Assembly (NCBI RefSeq): GCF_044704955.1
Contig: NC_091984.1
Span: 144,646,001 to 144,710,000, forward strand
Source of the DNA: Pristiophorus japonicus
Lineage: Eukaryota
Direction of reading: 5' to 3'
DNA: 64,000 nt
Numbering within the stretch: the first letter of the stretch is position 1; every line of letters begins with the position of its first letter. Position numbers and translations under genes: made by a program. Below, piece by piece: positions 49,028-62,538 of this stretch. The notes under the pieces are model-generated. The model did not search any database, had not been told where the DNA came from, and saw nothing but the letters and a program-made list of their open reading frames with translations.

Positions 49028-52000
49028 TAAGAACATAAGAATTAGGAACAAGAGCAGGCCATCTAGCTCCTCGAGCCTGCTCCACCATTCAACAAGATCA
49101 TGGCTGATCTGGCCGTAGACTCAGCTCCACTTACCCGCCCGCTTCCCAGAACCCTTAATTGCCTTATTGGTTAAAAATCTATCTATCTGTGATTTGAATA
49201 CATTCAATGAGCTAGCCTCAACTGCTTCCTTGGGCAGAGAATTCCACAGATTCACAACTCTCTGGGAGAAGAAATTCCTTCTCAACTTGGTTTCAAATTG
49301 GCTCCCCCATATTTTGAGGCTGTGTCCCCTAGTTCTAGTCTCCCCGACCAGTGGAAACAACCTCTCTGCCTCTATCTTGTCTATCCCTTTCATTATTTTA
49401 AATGTTTCTACAATATCACCCCTCATCCTTCTGAACTCCAACGAGTAAAGACCCAGTCTACTCAATCTATCATCATAAGGTAACCCCCTCATCTCTGGAA
49501 TCAACTGAGTGAATCGTCTCTGTACCCACTCCAAAGCTAGTATATACTTTTTAAAAAAGGAGGGAGAGAGAAAACAGGGAATTATAGACCGGTCAGTCTG
49601 ACCTCAGTAGTGGGTAAAATGATGGAATCAATTATTAAGGATGTCATAGCAGCGCATTTGGAAAATGGTGACATGATAGGTCCAAGTCAGCATGGATTTG
49701 TGAAAGGGAAATCATGCTTGACAAATCTTCTGGAATTTTTTGAGGATGTTTCCAGTAAAGTGGACAAAGGAGAACCAGTTGATGTGGTATATTTGGACTT
49801 TCAGAAGGCTTTCGACAAGGTCCCACACAAGAGATTAATGTGCAAAGTTAAAGCACATGGGATTGGGGGGAGTGTGCTGACGTGGATTGAGAACTGGTTG
49901 TCAGACAGGAAGCAAAGAGTAGGAGTAAACGGGTACTTTTCAGAATGGCAGGCAGTGACTAGTGGGGTGCCGCAAGGTTCTGTGCTGGGGCCCCAGCTGT
50001 TTACATTGTACATTAATGATTTAGACGAGGGGATTAAATGCAGTATCTCCAAATTTGCGGATGACACTAAGTTGGGTGGCAGTGTGAGCTGCGAGGAGGA
50101 TGCTATTAGGCTGCAGAGTGACTTGGATATATTAGGTGAGTGGGCAAATGCATGGCAGATGAAGTATAATGTGGATAAATGTGAGGTTATTCACTTTGGT
50201 GGTAAAAACAGAGAGACAGACGATTATCTGAGTGGTGACATATTAGGAAAAGGGAAGGTGCAACGAGACCTGGGTGTCATGGTACATCAGTCATTGAAGG
50301 TTGGCATGCAGGTACAGCAGGCGGTTAAGAAAACAAATGGCATGTTGGCCTTCATAGCGAGGGGATTTAAGTACAGAGGCAGGGAGGTGTTGCTACAGTT
50401 GTACAGGGCCTTGGTGAGGCCACACCTGGAGTATTGTGTACAGTTTAGGTCTCCTAACTTGAGGAAGGACATTCTTGCTATTGAGGGAGTGCAGCGAAGA
50501 TTCACCAGACTGATTCCCGGGATGGTGGAACTGACCTATCAAGAAAGACTGGATCAAATGGGCTTGTATTCACTGGAGTTCAGAAGAATGAGAGGGGACC
50601 TCATGGAAACGTTTAAAATTCTGACGGGTTTAGACAGGTTAGATGCAGGAAGAATGTTCCCAATGTTGGCGAAGTCCAGAACCAGGGGTCACAGTCTGAG
50701 GATAAGGGGTAAGCCATTTAGGACCGAGATGAGGAGAAACTTCTTCACCCAGAGAGTGGTGAACCTGTGGAATTCTCTACCACAGAAAGTAGTTCAGGCC
50801 AATTCACTAAATATATTCAAAAGGGAGTTAGATGAAGTCCTTACTACTCGGGGGATCAAGGGTTATGGCGAGAAAGCAGGAAGTGGGTACTGAAGTTTCA
50901 TGTTCAGCCATGAACTCATTGAATGGCGGTGCAGGCAAGAAGGGCTGAATGGCCTGCTCCTGCACCTATTTTCTATGTTTCTATGTTTCTATACTTCCTT
51001 AATTAAGGTGACCAAAACTGCACGCAGTAATCCAGGTGCGGCCTCACCAATACCCTGTACATTTGCAGCAGGACCTCCCTGCTTTTGTACTCCATCCCTC
51101 TCGCAATGAAGGCCAACATTCCATTCGCCTTCCTGATCACCTGCAAACTAACTTTTTGGGATTCATGTACAAGGACCCCCAGGTCCCTCTGCACCGCAGC
51201 ATGTTGTAATTTCTCCCCGTTCAAATAATATTTCCTTTTACTGTTTTTTTTTCCAGGGTGGATGACCTCATATTTTCTGACATTGTATTCCATCTGCCAA
51301 ACCTTAGCCCATTTGCTTAATCTATCTAAATATCTTTGCAGCCTCTCTGTGTCGTCTGCACAACCCGCTTTCCCACTAATCTTTGTGTCATCTTCAAATT
51401 TTGTTACGTTACACTCTGTCCCCTCTTCCAGGTCATCTATGTACATTGTAAACAGTTGTGGTCCTAGCACCGATCCCTGTGGCACACCACTAACCACTGA
51501 TTCCAACCCGAAAGGAATCCATTTGTCCCGAATCTCTGCTTTCTGTTAGCCAGCCAATTCTCTATCCATGCTAATACATTTCCTCTGACCCCGCGTACCT
51601 TTATCTTCTGCAGTAACCTTTTGTGTGGCACCTTATTGAATGCCTTTTGGAAATCTAAACACACCACATCCATCGGTACACCTCTATCCACCATGCTCGT
51701 TATATCCTCAAAGAATTCCAGTAAATTAATTAAACATGATTTCCCCTTCATGAATCCATGCTGCGTCGGCTTGATTGCACTATTCCTATGTAGATGACCC
51801 GCTATTTCTTCCTTAATGATAGCTTCAAGCATTTTCCCACTGCAGATGTTAAACTAACCGACCTATAGTTACCTGCCTTTTGTCTGCCCCCTTTTTAAAA
51901 GAGAGGCGTCACATTAGCTGCTTTCCAATCCGCTGGTACCTCCCCAGAGTCCAGAGAATTTTGGTAGATTATAACGAATGCATCTGCTATAACTTCCACA

Positions 52001-52830
52001 TCTCTTTTAATACCCTGAGATGCATTTCATCAGGACCAGGGGACTTGTCTACCTTGAGTCCCATTAGCCTGTCTAGCACTACCCCTCTAATGATAGTGAT
52101 TGTCTCAAGGTCCTCCGTTCCCACATTCTCATGACCAGCAATTTTTGGCATGGTTTTTGTGTCTTCCACTGTGAAGACCGAAGCAAAATAATTGTTTAAG
52201 GTCTCAGCCATTTCCACATTTCCCATTATTAAATCCCCCTTCTCATCTTCTAAGGGACCAACATTTACTTTAGTCACTCCTTTCCGTTTTATATATCGGT
52301 AAAATCTTTTACTATCTGTTTTTATGTTTTGCGCAAGTTTACTTTCGTAATCTATCTTTCCTTTCTTTATTGCTTTCTTAGTCATTCTTTGCTGTCGTTT
52401 AAAATTTTCCCAATCTTCTAGTTTCCCACTAACCTTGGCCATCTTATACGCATTGGTTTTTAATTTGATACTCTCCTTTACTCCTTGGTTATCCACGGCT
52501 GGTTATCCCTTCTCTCCCCGCCCTTCTTTTCACTGGAATATATTTTTGTTGAGCACTATGAAAGAGCTCCGTCCAGTCCTCCACTGTTCCTCAATTGTGC
52601 CACCGTTTAGTGTTTCCAGTCTACTTTAGCCAACTCTGCCCTCATTCCACTGTAGTCCCCTTTGTTGAAGCATAGTACGCTCGTTTGAGTCACTACTTCC
52701 TCACCCTCAATCTGTATTACAAAATCAACCATACTATGATCACTCATTCCGAGAGGATCTTTTACTTTGAGATCGTTTATTATTCCTGTCTCATTACACA
52801 GGACCAGATCTAAGATAGCTTGCTCCCTGC
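49028..52830 (-). mobile_element. CR1 LINE split by a younger CR1 insertion
   Basis: 3' part 49028-49549 continues at 50997. Confidence 0.85.
49550..50990 (+). mobile_element. Young 5'-truncated CR1 with an uninterrupted 427-aa RT/C-terminal frame
   Basis: ORF 49610-50893 with KFADDTK; (TTTCTATG)n tail; TATACTT at both flanks (49543, 50990). Confidence 0.93.
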
Positions 52831-54421
52831 TCCCTTCCCCTCACATACCCTCGAAACTTCCGACCAATTACTATAAATCTATGCCCCCTGGTTGTTGACC
52901 CATCTGCTAAGGGAAATAGATCCTTCCTATCCACTCTATTTCAGCCCCTCATAAGTTTATACACCTCAATAAGGTCTCCCCTCAGCCTCCTCTGTTCCAC
53001 GGAAAACACCCCCAGCCTATCCAATCTTTCCTCATGGCTAAAATTTTCCAGTCCAGGCAACATCCTCATAAATCTGCCTATGTGCAATTGATTGCAAAGC
53101 ACCTTGGGATGTCCTGAGGTGGTGAAAGGCGCTATATAAATTCAAGGCTTTCTTTCATTGAAGTGGGAGGGCCCTGATCCTGACCCTCGCCCATTGTCTG
53201 CGCACTCTGACCTTCCAGGAGGTCACGGGATCATTGGGAGCAGTGACCCTGTCTGACCTCGGTATTTTGAGGCTAATTGTCGCCTCACCCTTGACCTCAC
53301 CCCGGTGCTGGGCAGCAAGCTTTTAAATGCAATCTAGAAGCTTCTACACCGACACCCAACATGAAGCCTTGCTGAAGTGTGTTTATACAAGTGTGTCGCA
53401 ATGTTCCCAGATAAAGTTCTCCCGATCTGTGTGTGATCTGAGCTTTCTCACTGCTGAGCCTGTTTCCCCTGTATCCACCCATCTACAGTTCGAGCTTCCT
53501 GCCAGTGAACAGCATCTTAACGGAACACTCAGTCTTTACCGACTCTTACTGTTAACCATTTCAGTGCTGAATGTGTGCCAACCCTGCACTGCAGATGTTT
53601 ATACAACAGTCCAATATGATTTTGAGTATCAGCCGTAGCTCAGTGAGTTGCACTCTCGCCTCTGAGTCAGAAGGTTGTGGGTTCAAGTCCCACTTCAGGG
53701 ACTTGAGCATAAAAATCTAGGCTGACACTCCAGTGCAGTGCTGAGGGAGGGCTGCACTGTTGGAGGTGCCATCTTTCAGATGAGACATTAAACCGAGGCC
53801 CAGTCTGCCCTCTCAGGTGGATGTAAAAGATCCCAGGGCACTATTTCGAAGAAGAGCAGGGGAGTTCCCCCCGGTATCCTGGTCAATATTAATCCATCAA
53901 GCAACATGACAGAAGAACACATTATCACCACCCTCTGAGTGAAGATGTTTATCCTCATTTCAGTTTTAAATCGCTGACCCCTTATTCGGAGACTGTGACC
54001 CCTGGTTCTAGACTCCCCAGCCAGACGAAACATCCTCCCTGCATCTACCTTGTAAAGCCCTGTCAGAATTGTATATGTTTCAATGGGATCCCTTCTCATT
54101 CTTCGAAACTCTAGAGAGTATAGGCCTTGGAACTTGTGGAACCAGGCGGGTAGATGGAGTTCAGATACAGATGAGCAATGATCTGATTGAATGGGGGAAC
54201 AGGCTCGAGGGGCTGAATGGCCTCCTCCTGTTCATTGTGTCCAGCAGCAGCTGTGTACCTCTCCGCAACCTCATCTTGACTTTTATCAGTCGCATCAGAG
54301 CCTTGATTCCCTCACCAGGGGGCTGGTGTTTCCAGATCAATGTCCAGCTGATCGATGCCATGAGTCAGACTCAGTGAGCGCTGTCAGCGGGTGGAAAGGC
54401 TGCTCTAACTGCAGCCTTGTT

Positions 54422-55200
54422 CTAATGCATTTGGGGAGGGGCAACAAGGCAAGGGAATACACAATAAATGGGATGGTACTGAGAGGGGTGGAGGAACGGA
54501 GGGACCTTGGAGTGCATGTCCACAGATCCCTGAAGGTCGCAGGCCAGGTCGATAAGATGGTTAAAAAGGCATACGGAATACTTGCCTTTATTAGCTGAGG
54601 CATTGAATACAAGAGCAGGGAGGTTATGCTTGAACTGTATAAAACACTAGTTAGACCACAGCTAGAGTACTGCGTGCAGTCCTGGTCACCACATTACAGG
54701 AAAGATGTGATTACAGAGGAGATCTATGAGGATGTTGCCAGAACTGGACAATTTTAGCTCTGAGGAAAGATTGGCTCTGCTGGGGGTGTTTTCTTTGGAA
54801 CAGAGGAGGCTGAGGGGAGACCTTATTGAGGTGTGTAAAATGATGAGGGGCCTAGATAGAGTGGATAGAATGGACCCATTTCCCTTAGCAGAGGGGTCAA
54901 CAACCAGGGGGCATAGATTTAAAGTAATTGGTGGAAGGTTTAGAGGGGAGATGAGGAAACAATTCTTCACCCAAAGGGTGGTGGGGGTCTGGAACTCACT
55001 GCCTGAAAGGCTGGTAGAGGCAAAAACTCTCACCACATTTAAAAAGTACTTGGATGTGCACTTAAAGTGCCGTAACTCACAGGGCTACGGACCCAGAGCT
55101 GGAAAGTGGGATTAGGCTGGGTAGCTCTTTGTTGACCGGCGCGGACAAGATGGGCCGAAATGGCCTCCTTCCGTCCTGTAATTTTCTGTGATTCTATGAT
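54422..55200 (+). mobile_element. CR1 3' fragment
   Basis: SLEQRRLRGDLIEV..FFTQRVVGVWNSLP. Confidence 0.9.
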
Positions 55201-55634
55201 CGTGCTGGTGGTGTTGACCACTATAAAAGACGCAGCATACATTTTATTGAAACTATTTCCGTCCCCGGTTTCCCCGCTGCCAATAATTGGATCAATTGAT
55301 GCTGTAGCGCCCCCTTGTGGTACATCTATATGGGCTCCACCCAAACCCCTGCTTTCAACCCTTGAACCCACATTGCCTACGCTTGTTGGAGCCCCGCTCC
55401 TTAATCACAGCATCTCACAGCACAGAGGGAGGCCATTCGGCCCATCAAACCTGTGCTGGCTCTTTGAAAGAGCTGTGGACTACTATGGCCTAGACTAATG
55501 ATCCAGAGACACGAGTTCAAATCCCACCACGGCAGCTGGGGAATTTAAATTCAGTTGATTAAATAAATTTGGAATAAAAAGCTAGTGTCAGTAATGGTGA
55601 CCATGAAACTGCCAGATTGTTGCAAAAATCCACC

Positions 55635-58600
55635 TACCTGGCCTGCTACCTTCAGAGATCTGTGGACATGCAAATCAAGGTCCCTTTGTTCCTCTACACC
55701 TCTCAGTGTCCTACCATTTAATGTGTATTCCCTTGCCTTGATAGACCTCCCCAAATGCATAACCTCACACTTCTCCAGATTAAATTCCATTTGTCACTGT
55801 TCTGCCCACCTGACCATTTCATTGATATCTTTCTGCAATCTGCAGCTCTTTTCTTCATTATCAACCACACGACCGATTTTAGTGTCATCTGCAAACTTCT
55901 GAATCATACCCCCTACATTCAAGTCCAAATCATTGATATATACCACAAAAAGTTAGGGACCTAGTACTGACCTCTGCGGAACCCCCCTGGAAACAGCCTT
56001 CCAGTCACAAAAACACCCATCAACCATTACCCTTTGCTTCCTGCCTCTGAGCCAATTTTGGATCCAACTTGCAACTTTGCCCTGGATCTCATGGGCTTTT
56101 ATCTTCGTGACCAGTCTGCAATGTTGCACCTTATCAAAAGTCTTGCTAAAATCCATATATACTGCATCAAATGCACTGCCCTCATCGACCCTCCTTATTA
56201 CTTCTTCGGTGAATTCAATTAAGTTCGTCAGACACGACCTTCCCCGAACAAATCCATCCTGACTGTCCTTGATTAATCCCTCTATCTTAATGAAGATTTA
56301 ACCTGTCTCTCAGGAGTTTTTTCCAATAATTTTCCCACCACTGAGGTTAGGCTGACTGGCCTGTAATTACTCGGTCTATCCCTTTCTCCCTTTTTAAACA
56401 AAGATACAATGTTAGCAGTCCTCCAGTCCTCCTGCACCACACCTGTAGCCAGAGAGGATTGGAAAATGATGGTCAGAGCCTCTGCTATTTCCTCTTTTGA
56501 TTCTCTTAATAGCCTTGGATACATTTCATCCGGGCCAGGGGATTTATCCACTCTCAAAGCTGCTAAGCTCCTTAATACTTCCTCTCTCACTATGTTTCTT
56601 TCATCTCATATTTCCCACTCCTCCTCCATGATTGCAATGTCTGCATCGCCCCTCTCTTTTGTGAAAACAGACGCAAAGTGTTCATTAAGAACCAGACCCA
56701 CGTTTTACGCCTCCACACACAGATTACCTTTATGGTCTCTAATAGGCCCAACTCTTTCTTTAATTATCCTCCTGCTCGTAATGTATTTATAAAACATCTT
56801 TGGGTTTTCCTTGATTTTACTTGCCAAAATGTTCTCTTTGCTTTCCTAATTTCCTTTTTAATTGCACCCCTGCACTTTCTATACCCCTCTAACGTTCCTG
56901 CAGTATTGAGCCCTCGGTATCTGTCATAAGCCTCCCTTTTTTACTTTATCCTACACTGTATTTCCCTTGACATCCAGAGGCCTCGAGATTTGTTAGTCCC
57001 ACCCTTTTTCTTTAAGGGAACAGACTTACTCTGAAACCACAGGATTTCCTCCTTGAATGCCTCCCACTGCTCTGACACTGATTTACCTTCAAGTAGCCGT
57101 TTCCAGTCCACTTTGGCCAAATCTCATCTCAGCTCAGCAAAATTGGCTTTTCCCCAACTGAGAACTTTTATTCCTGCTCTATCTTTGTCCTTTTCCATAA
57201 CTACCCTAAATCTAACTGAATTAGGATCACTAGCACCAAAATGCTCTCCCACTGATACCCCTTCCAACTGCCCCTCTTCATCACCCCCAAACCAAGTCCA
57301 GAAACGTCCCCTCCCTTGTTGGGCTTGTTACAAACTGGCTAAAAAAGTTCTCCTGAAGGCATTTTAGGAATTCCGCACCCTCTATATCTTTCACACTAAT
57401 TTTATCCCAGTTAATATTAGGGTAGTTGAAATCCTCTGCTATAACTGCCCTATAGTTTTTGCACTTATCAGAAATGGGCCCACATATTTGCTCTTCTCTC
57501 TCGCTCTGACTGTTTGGGGGTCTATAGTACACTCCCAGCAGTGTGATTACCCCTTTTTCGTTCTTCAATTCGACCTATATGGCCTCATTTGATGATCCTT
57601 CCGACATATCATCCCTTCTCACAGCTGTAATTGTTTCTTTCAATTGTTTCACAACTGCGACCCCCTCCTTTTTTAACCCCCTCTCTATCCCGTCTGAAAA
57701 CCCTGTTACCAGGAATGTTGAGCTGCCATACCTGCCCTTCTTTCAGCCATATCTCAGTAATAGCTATAATATCGTACTCCCAAGTGTCTATCTGTGCTCT
57801 CAGCTCATCTGCCTTATTCCCTATACTCCTTGCATTGAAGTATATACCATTTAGCACTGCCAAACTGCCTTGTTGTCTATTTTCTAGGCTTTGTTTCCTC
57901 TGTCTTCCAAATTCACTTTCTATTTTTCTGCTTTCCAATTCCAGCTTTGCTTCTCTTCCCACTGAATCCATTCTCCGGTTCCCATCCCCTGGCAAGCAAG
58001 TTTAAACCCTCCCCAAAGGCAATAGCAAATCCCCCCACAACGATATTCATCCCGGCTCTGTTGAGGTGCAACCCATCTGGCTTGTACAGGTCCCATCTGC
58101 CCCAGAAATGGTCCCAATGCCTCAGGAAACTAAAGCCCTCTCTCCTGCAACATCTTTCTAGCCATGTAGTCATCTGCTCTACCCTCCTATTTCTGTAGTC
58201 ACTATTGTGAGCTCAAAATAAAGTGTGACGTTGGTCTTTTTTGCAGGTCTCCAGAGTGCCCCCGCATCCTGTGAAGCCTCCTTAAATATCTTTGCTCTCA
58301 AGGGATTATGGGATTCCTTGGGACTCCAGGGGATGAGCCCTTTGGTGGCTGTACATAGTAAATACAAGTCCACATATATAACAACTAGCACGTGGCACTG
58401 GCAGTAATACGGAGATTACTACCTTTGAGGTCTTGCTTTTTTATCTCTCTCCTTGGTCCCTACTCTCCCCCTGTAGGATCTCATCCCTCTTTCTACCTGT
58501 GTCATTGGTACAGATATGGACCACAACCTCTGGCTGTTCACCCTCCCCCCTCAGAATGTACTGCAGCCTCTCAGTGACATCCTTGACCCTGGCACCAGTC

Positions 58601-59190
58601 AGGCAACATACCATCCTGGAGTCACGTCTGCGACCGCAGAAATACCTGTCTGTTCCCCGAACTATCGAATCCCCTACCACTATTGCTCTTCCACTCTTCT
58701 TCCTCCCCCCTGTGCAGCTGAGCCACCCGTGGTGCCGTGGACTTGGCTCTGGTTGCATTTCCTAGAGGAACCATCGCCCCCACCAGTACTCAGAACACAA
58801 TACTGGTTGGAGAGCGAGATGGACTCAGGGGACTCCTGCACTACCTGCCTGGACCTCCTCTTCTGTCTGGTGGTCACCCATTCCCTCTCTGCCTGCACAG
58901 TCTTAAGCTGCGTGGTGGCCACCTCTAGAAACGTGCTATCCACGAAGTTCTCAGCCTCGCGGATGCACCGCAGTGAATCCAGCCACCGCTCAATCTCCAA
59001 CATGCGGAGCTCGAGTTGCTGTAACTGGTGACACTTCCTGCACATGTGGTCGTCCAGGCCACGAGAAGCATCCAGGACTTCCCACATGGCACAGGATGTG
59101 CAGTCCATGGGACAGAACTGCCCTGCCATGTCTCTATTTAATAGACTGAGAAATGACTGAGCAGAGATAAACTTAAAACTATTAAAAAAA
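55635..59190 (-). mobile_element. Decayed CR1, 5' part (ORF1 esterase plus ORF2); mirror of 1-3585
   Basis: GDSIVRG, ICTND, DGLHLN, FNARSIGNK, ITEIWL and RT motifs. Confidence 0.92.
58206..58383. mobile_element. Solo LTR (178 bp) inserted in CR1 ORF1
   Basis: TG...CA ends, 5-bp flanks ACTAT/ACTAG, core similar to the LTR at 61409; empty site in the mirror CR1 near 805. Confidence 0.8.
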
Positions 59191-61408
59191 CAAATAATAG
59201 CCTGGCCTACATCAGTTCGGCCATAATTTGTGGATTCGTTCACCTCACTGAGGGCGAACACTGTCGATGGGCCATTAATGGTCTTAAGTTTTCAACTCAG
59301 TCAGCTGTGGCTCAATGGGCAGCACACTTGTCTCTGAGTCCAAAAGTTGTAGGTTCAAGTCCCACTCCAGAGACTAAGCTCAGAAATCGAGACTGACAGT
59401 CCCAGTGCAGTACTGAGGTAGTGACGCACTGTTGGAGGAGCTGTCTTTCAGGTGAGAGATTAAACCGAGGCCTCGCCTGCCCTCTCAGGTGGGTGTTAAT
59501 GATCCCATGCCATGACTTTGAAGAAGAGCAGGGGAGTCCTGGCCAATATTTATCCCTCAATCAACATCACAAAATCAGACTGGGGACGAAATTGCCCTGC
59601 TGTGCACCTACCATTAGTGCCTCCAGGGGCCGCTAAGGGAATGTGACAGTGTTTTCCCCGGGGAGGTGGGGGCGGCTACCAGCTCCCGCGAGATTATGCG
59701 GGATTTAGCAGAGACACGCAACGGAGAGCGTCTCGTGAGCCGTGTCCGCGCCAGTCTTGAGGGTCACGAACCGGTCCGCACTTCGCTGGCGAGGTGAAGC
59801 TTACTGCGATGTGCGCGTTGCCATTTGTTTTTGCTGAATTACCGGTCGGGCCTTTCTGTGCCAATGTGGCGGGGTCGGTGCTGCGATGGTGCAGCCCAAC
59901 ACTTGCCCCTCCGAGCCCACCCCCAGGGAAAGTGCAGTGCACCACATTGCGCTCCACTTCCTGTCAGGGGCCGTGACCCCAATTTCGCTTCCGGGGCGGG
60001 ACTTCGGCGTGGGAAAAGTTACTGCACCATCCGGGGCAATATGCAATTTGGGCCCATTATCTGGTCATAGTCACATGTGGGAGCTTGCTGTGCACAAACT
60101 GTCTGTCGTGTCTCCTCCATTACCGCAGTGACTACACTTCAAAAATACTTCATTGGCTGTAAAGCACTTTGGGACATCCTGAGGTGGTGAAAGGCGCTAT
60201 ATAAATGCAAGTCTTTCTTACCAATTCAGCTCAACATCTTTGAAACCCAAACCCGCGGACAGTGACGGACAGGTAAAGACCCTGTGGTCCATCCAGCCCG
60301 TCCCACACAATTGTGATACCTTGTGTATCACAGTATAGACTCTCCACCCCACACAAAACGACCTGATCTCCTGGGAGAGGCGAAAAACCAGGGAAAAAAC
60401 CCATTGGGGGAAATAAATCTGGGAAACTCCTCTCCGACCCCCGCTGCCCCCCCAGGCGATGGAAACTAGTCCAGGAGGTGACTGTGGCCCTGAATTCCCT
60501 GCAGTAACTACCTTCTGTAAGTGGTGATCTCCGCACTGGCCACAAACAGGTCCTGCTCTCGCTTATGTACAGCTCATGGATTTAAAATTACAAGCTTTCC
60601 CCACAGTGTCAATTGCTGAAAATACTGTGTTACATTATCAGGGTTATATTCTCACTGTCTGTCATTGTCACAACACTCGCTATATAAATGCAAGTTGTTA
60701 TTGTGTTCAGGGGCCACTGTATCTGGCTCAGGCTTCTTATCCATCCCCCCTTCCATTCCCACTCCATTGGGGGCCGTGCCTTCAGCTGCCTGGGCCCTAA
60801 CTCCCTGCTCCCTAAACCTCTCTGCCACTCCACCCCTCTCCTCTTTTAAGATCTCCTTCAAACCCAATCTGTGACTCCCCCTCCCAGCTCCTCCCGCTTT
60901 GGCTCAGCACCACTTTGACCAGATTACGCCTCTTTCAGCTGCCTTGGGATGTTGTTCTAATGTTCCAGTTTCTATAGCAATGCCGGTTGTTGCTGTTGTA
61001 CCTGGCAACAGAGCGTCTGTGTGTGGATATACCCTGTGCACCGAGCTCCGTTGTGAGGCCTCCCACAGTGGAATGGCCTGCCGATGCTCGCTGCAGTGCA
61101 GAGTGGCTGCTGACCTGCCAATCGGTCTGAGACACCACCTCACGAGCGGACGAGGAGATACACGCTGAGATCCAGCATCAAATGACATGTGGGGAACTGG
61201 AAATGATTCTGCAAACCTGATTGGAGGTTTGGTACAAACGGGTTTTACAAACTAATCCATTGAGTGATACAGAAATTGTCAAAAAATGTGGTCTTTTCAG
61301 AACCAACATCGCCCTCTTTTGGTATGAAGACAGCACTGTCAATTTCCCTCACAATTTGACTGAGCTGCAATTTTCTACGTGGCTCGCTGTCAATCTTTAT
61401 TTTATAAC

Positions 61409-62538
61409 TGTTATGCTCATAATAAAAGGTGAGACCGAGTACTGTGTGTAATGAGCAAGTGTGACCTTAGCTCCTTTATTGTAGTTCCAGAATGCAGGTA
61501 CTTCGTGGGTGGCCTGCTTATAGACTGTATTCCCAAGGGATGCTGGGATCCCTTGGAACTCCAACAGGTAGGCACTCTGGTGGACAGGTCTGATGCAGGT
61601 TACAAGGTTACAAGGGGTTAAATACATGTCTTCCCTCCCCCGTGAAGTCAACAATACACTTATTTACAAGGTGAGACGATCTGGGTCTCTGCGCTCCCTT
61701 GTCGATCGTCTCGGCACAAATGTTGATATGATTGGGTTGGTCAGTTCTTTATTGGACTGTTGGGCAGCCGGCCTTGCCAGGCTGCTGGTGATGACGAGTT
61801 CTGTTTCCTGGTCAACTGTGATGTCAGTTGCCACTTGTGTGTGTGTTGGAAGGTCAAAGTTGGTAGCGTCCTCCTTGAGGTTGTCTGTAGCTGTTGGTGA
61901 ACCGCAATTTAATTTGGTCCAAGTGTTTTCTGTGCATTTGTCCATTGGTCACTTTGACCTCAAACACCCTACTCCCCTCTTTGGCTGTGATCGTGCCAGC
62001 AAGCCATTTGGGACCATGTCCAAAATTGAGCATAAACACAGGATCATTGATCTCAATATCGCGTGACAAGTTTGCGAGGTCATGGTACACACTCTGTTGA
62101 TGCCGCTTGTCCTCCACGTGATCATGTAGATCAGGGTGGACCAGAGAGAGCCTTGTTTTAAGCGCCCTTTTCATGAGCAGCTCGGCTGGGGGAATCCCTG
62201 TGAGTGAGTGGGGTCTGGTGCAGTAGCTGAGCAGTACTCGGACAACCGGTTCGCAGGGAGCCTTCCGACACGTGTTTCAAGCTTTGCTTGATGGTCTGAA
62301 CTGCCCGTTCTGCCTGGCCGTTGGATGCAGGCTTCAACGGCGGAGATGTGACATGTTTGATCCTGTTGCGGGTCATGAATTCTTTGAATACGGCACTAGT
62401 GAAGCATGGCCCATTGTCGCTCACTAGGACATTGGGCAGGCCGTGCGTGGCAAACATAGCTCTTAGACTTTCAATGGTGGCTGTGGACGTGCTTCCAGAC
62501 ATTACTGAACAATCAATCCATTTTGTGTAAGCATCCAC
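61409..62538 (-). mobile_element. Gypsy LTR retrotransposon 3' part: integrase fragment, polypurine tract and 3' LTR (61409-61626)
   Basis: VDAYTKW..FATHGLP..VSDNGPCFTS..SNGQAERAVQT; GGGGGAGGGAAG polypurine tract; TG..CA LTR. Confidence 0.88.

Larger units (their letters stand above)
47690..53925 (+). other. Direct segmental duplicate of J-C intron pieces without J or C exons
   Basis: 47690-49015 matches 36200-37590; 52850-53925 matches 42300-43360. Confidence 0.85.

Noticed and set aside
49610-50893. 427-aa reverse transcriptase as a host or domesticated gene
   Set aside because: Ordinary 5'-truncated CR1 with tail and target duplication.
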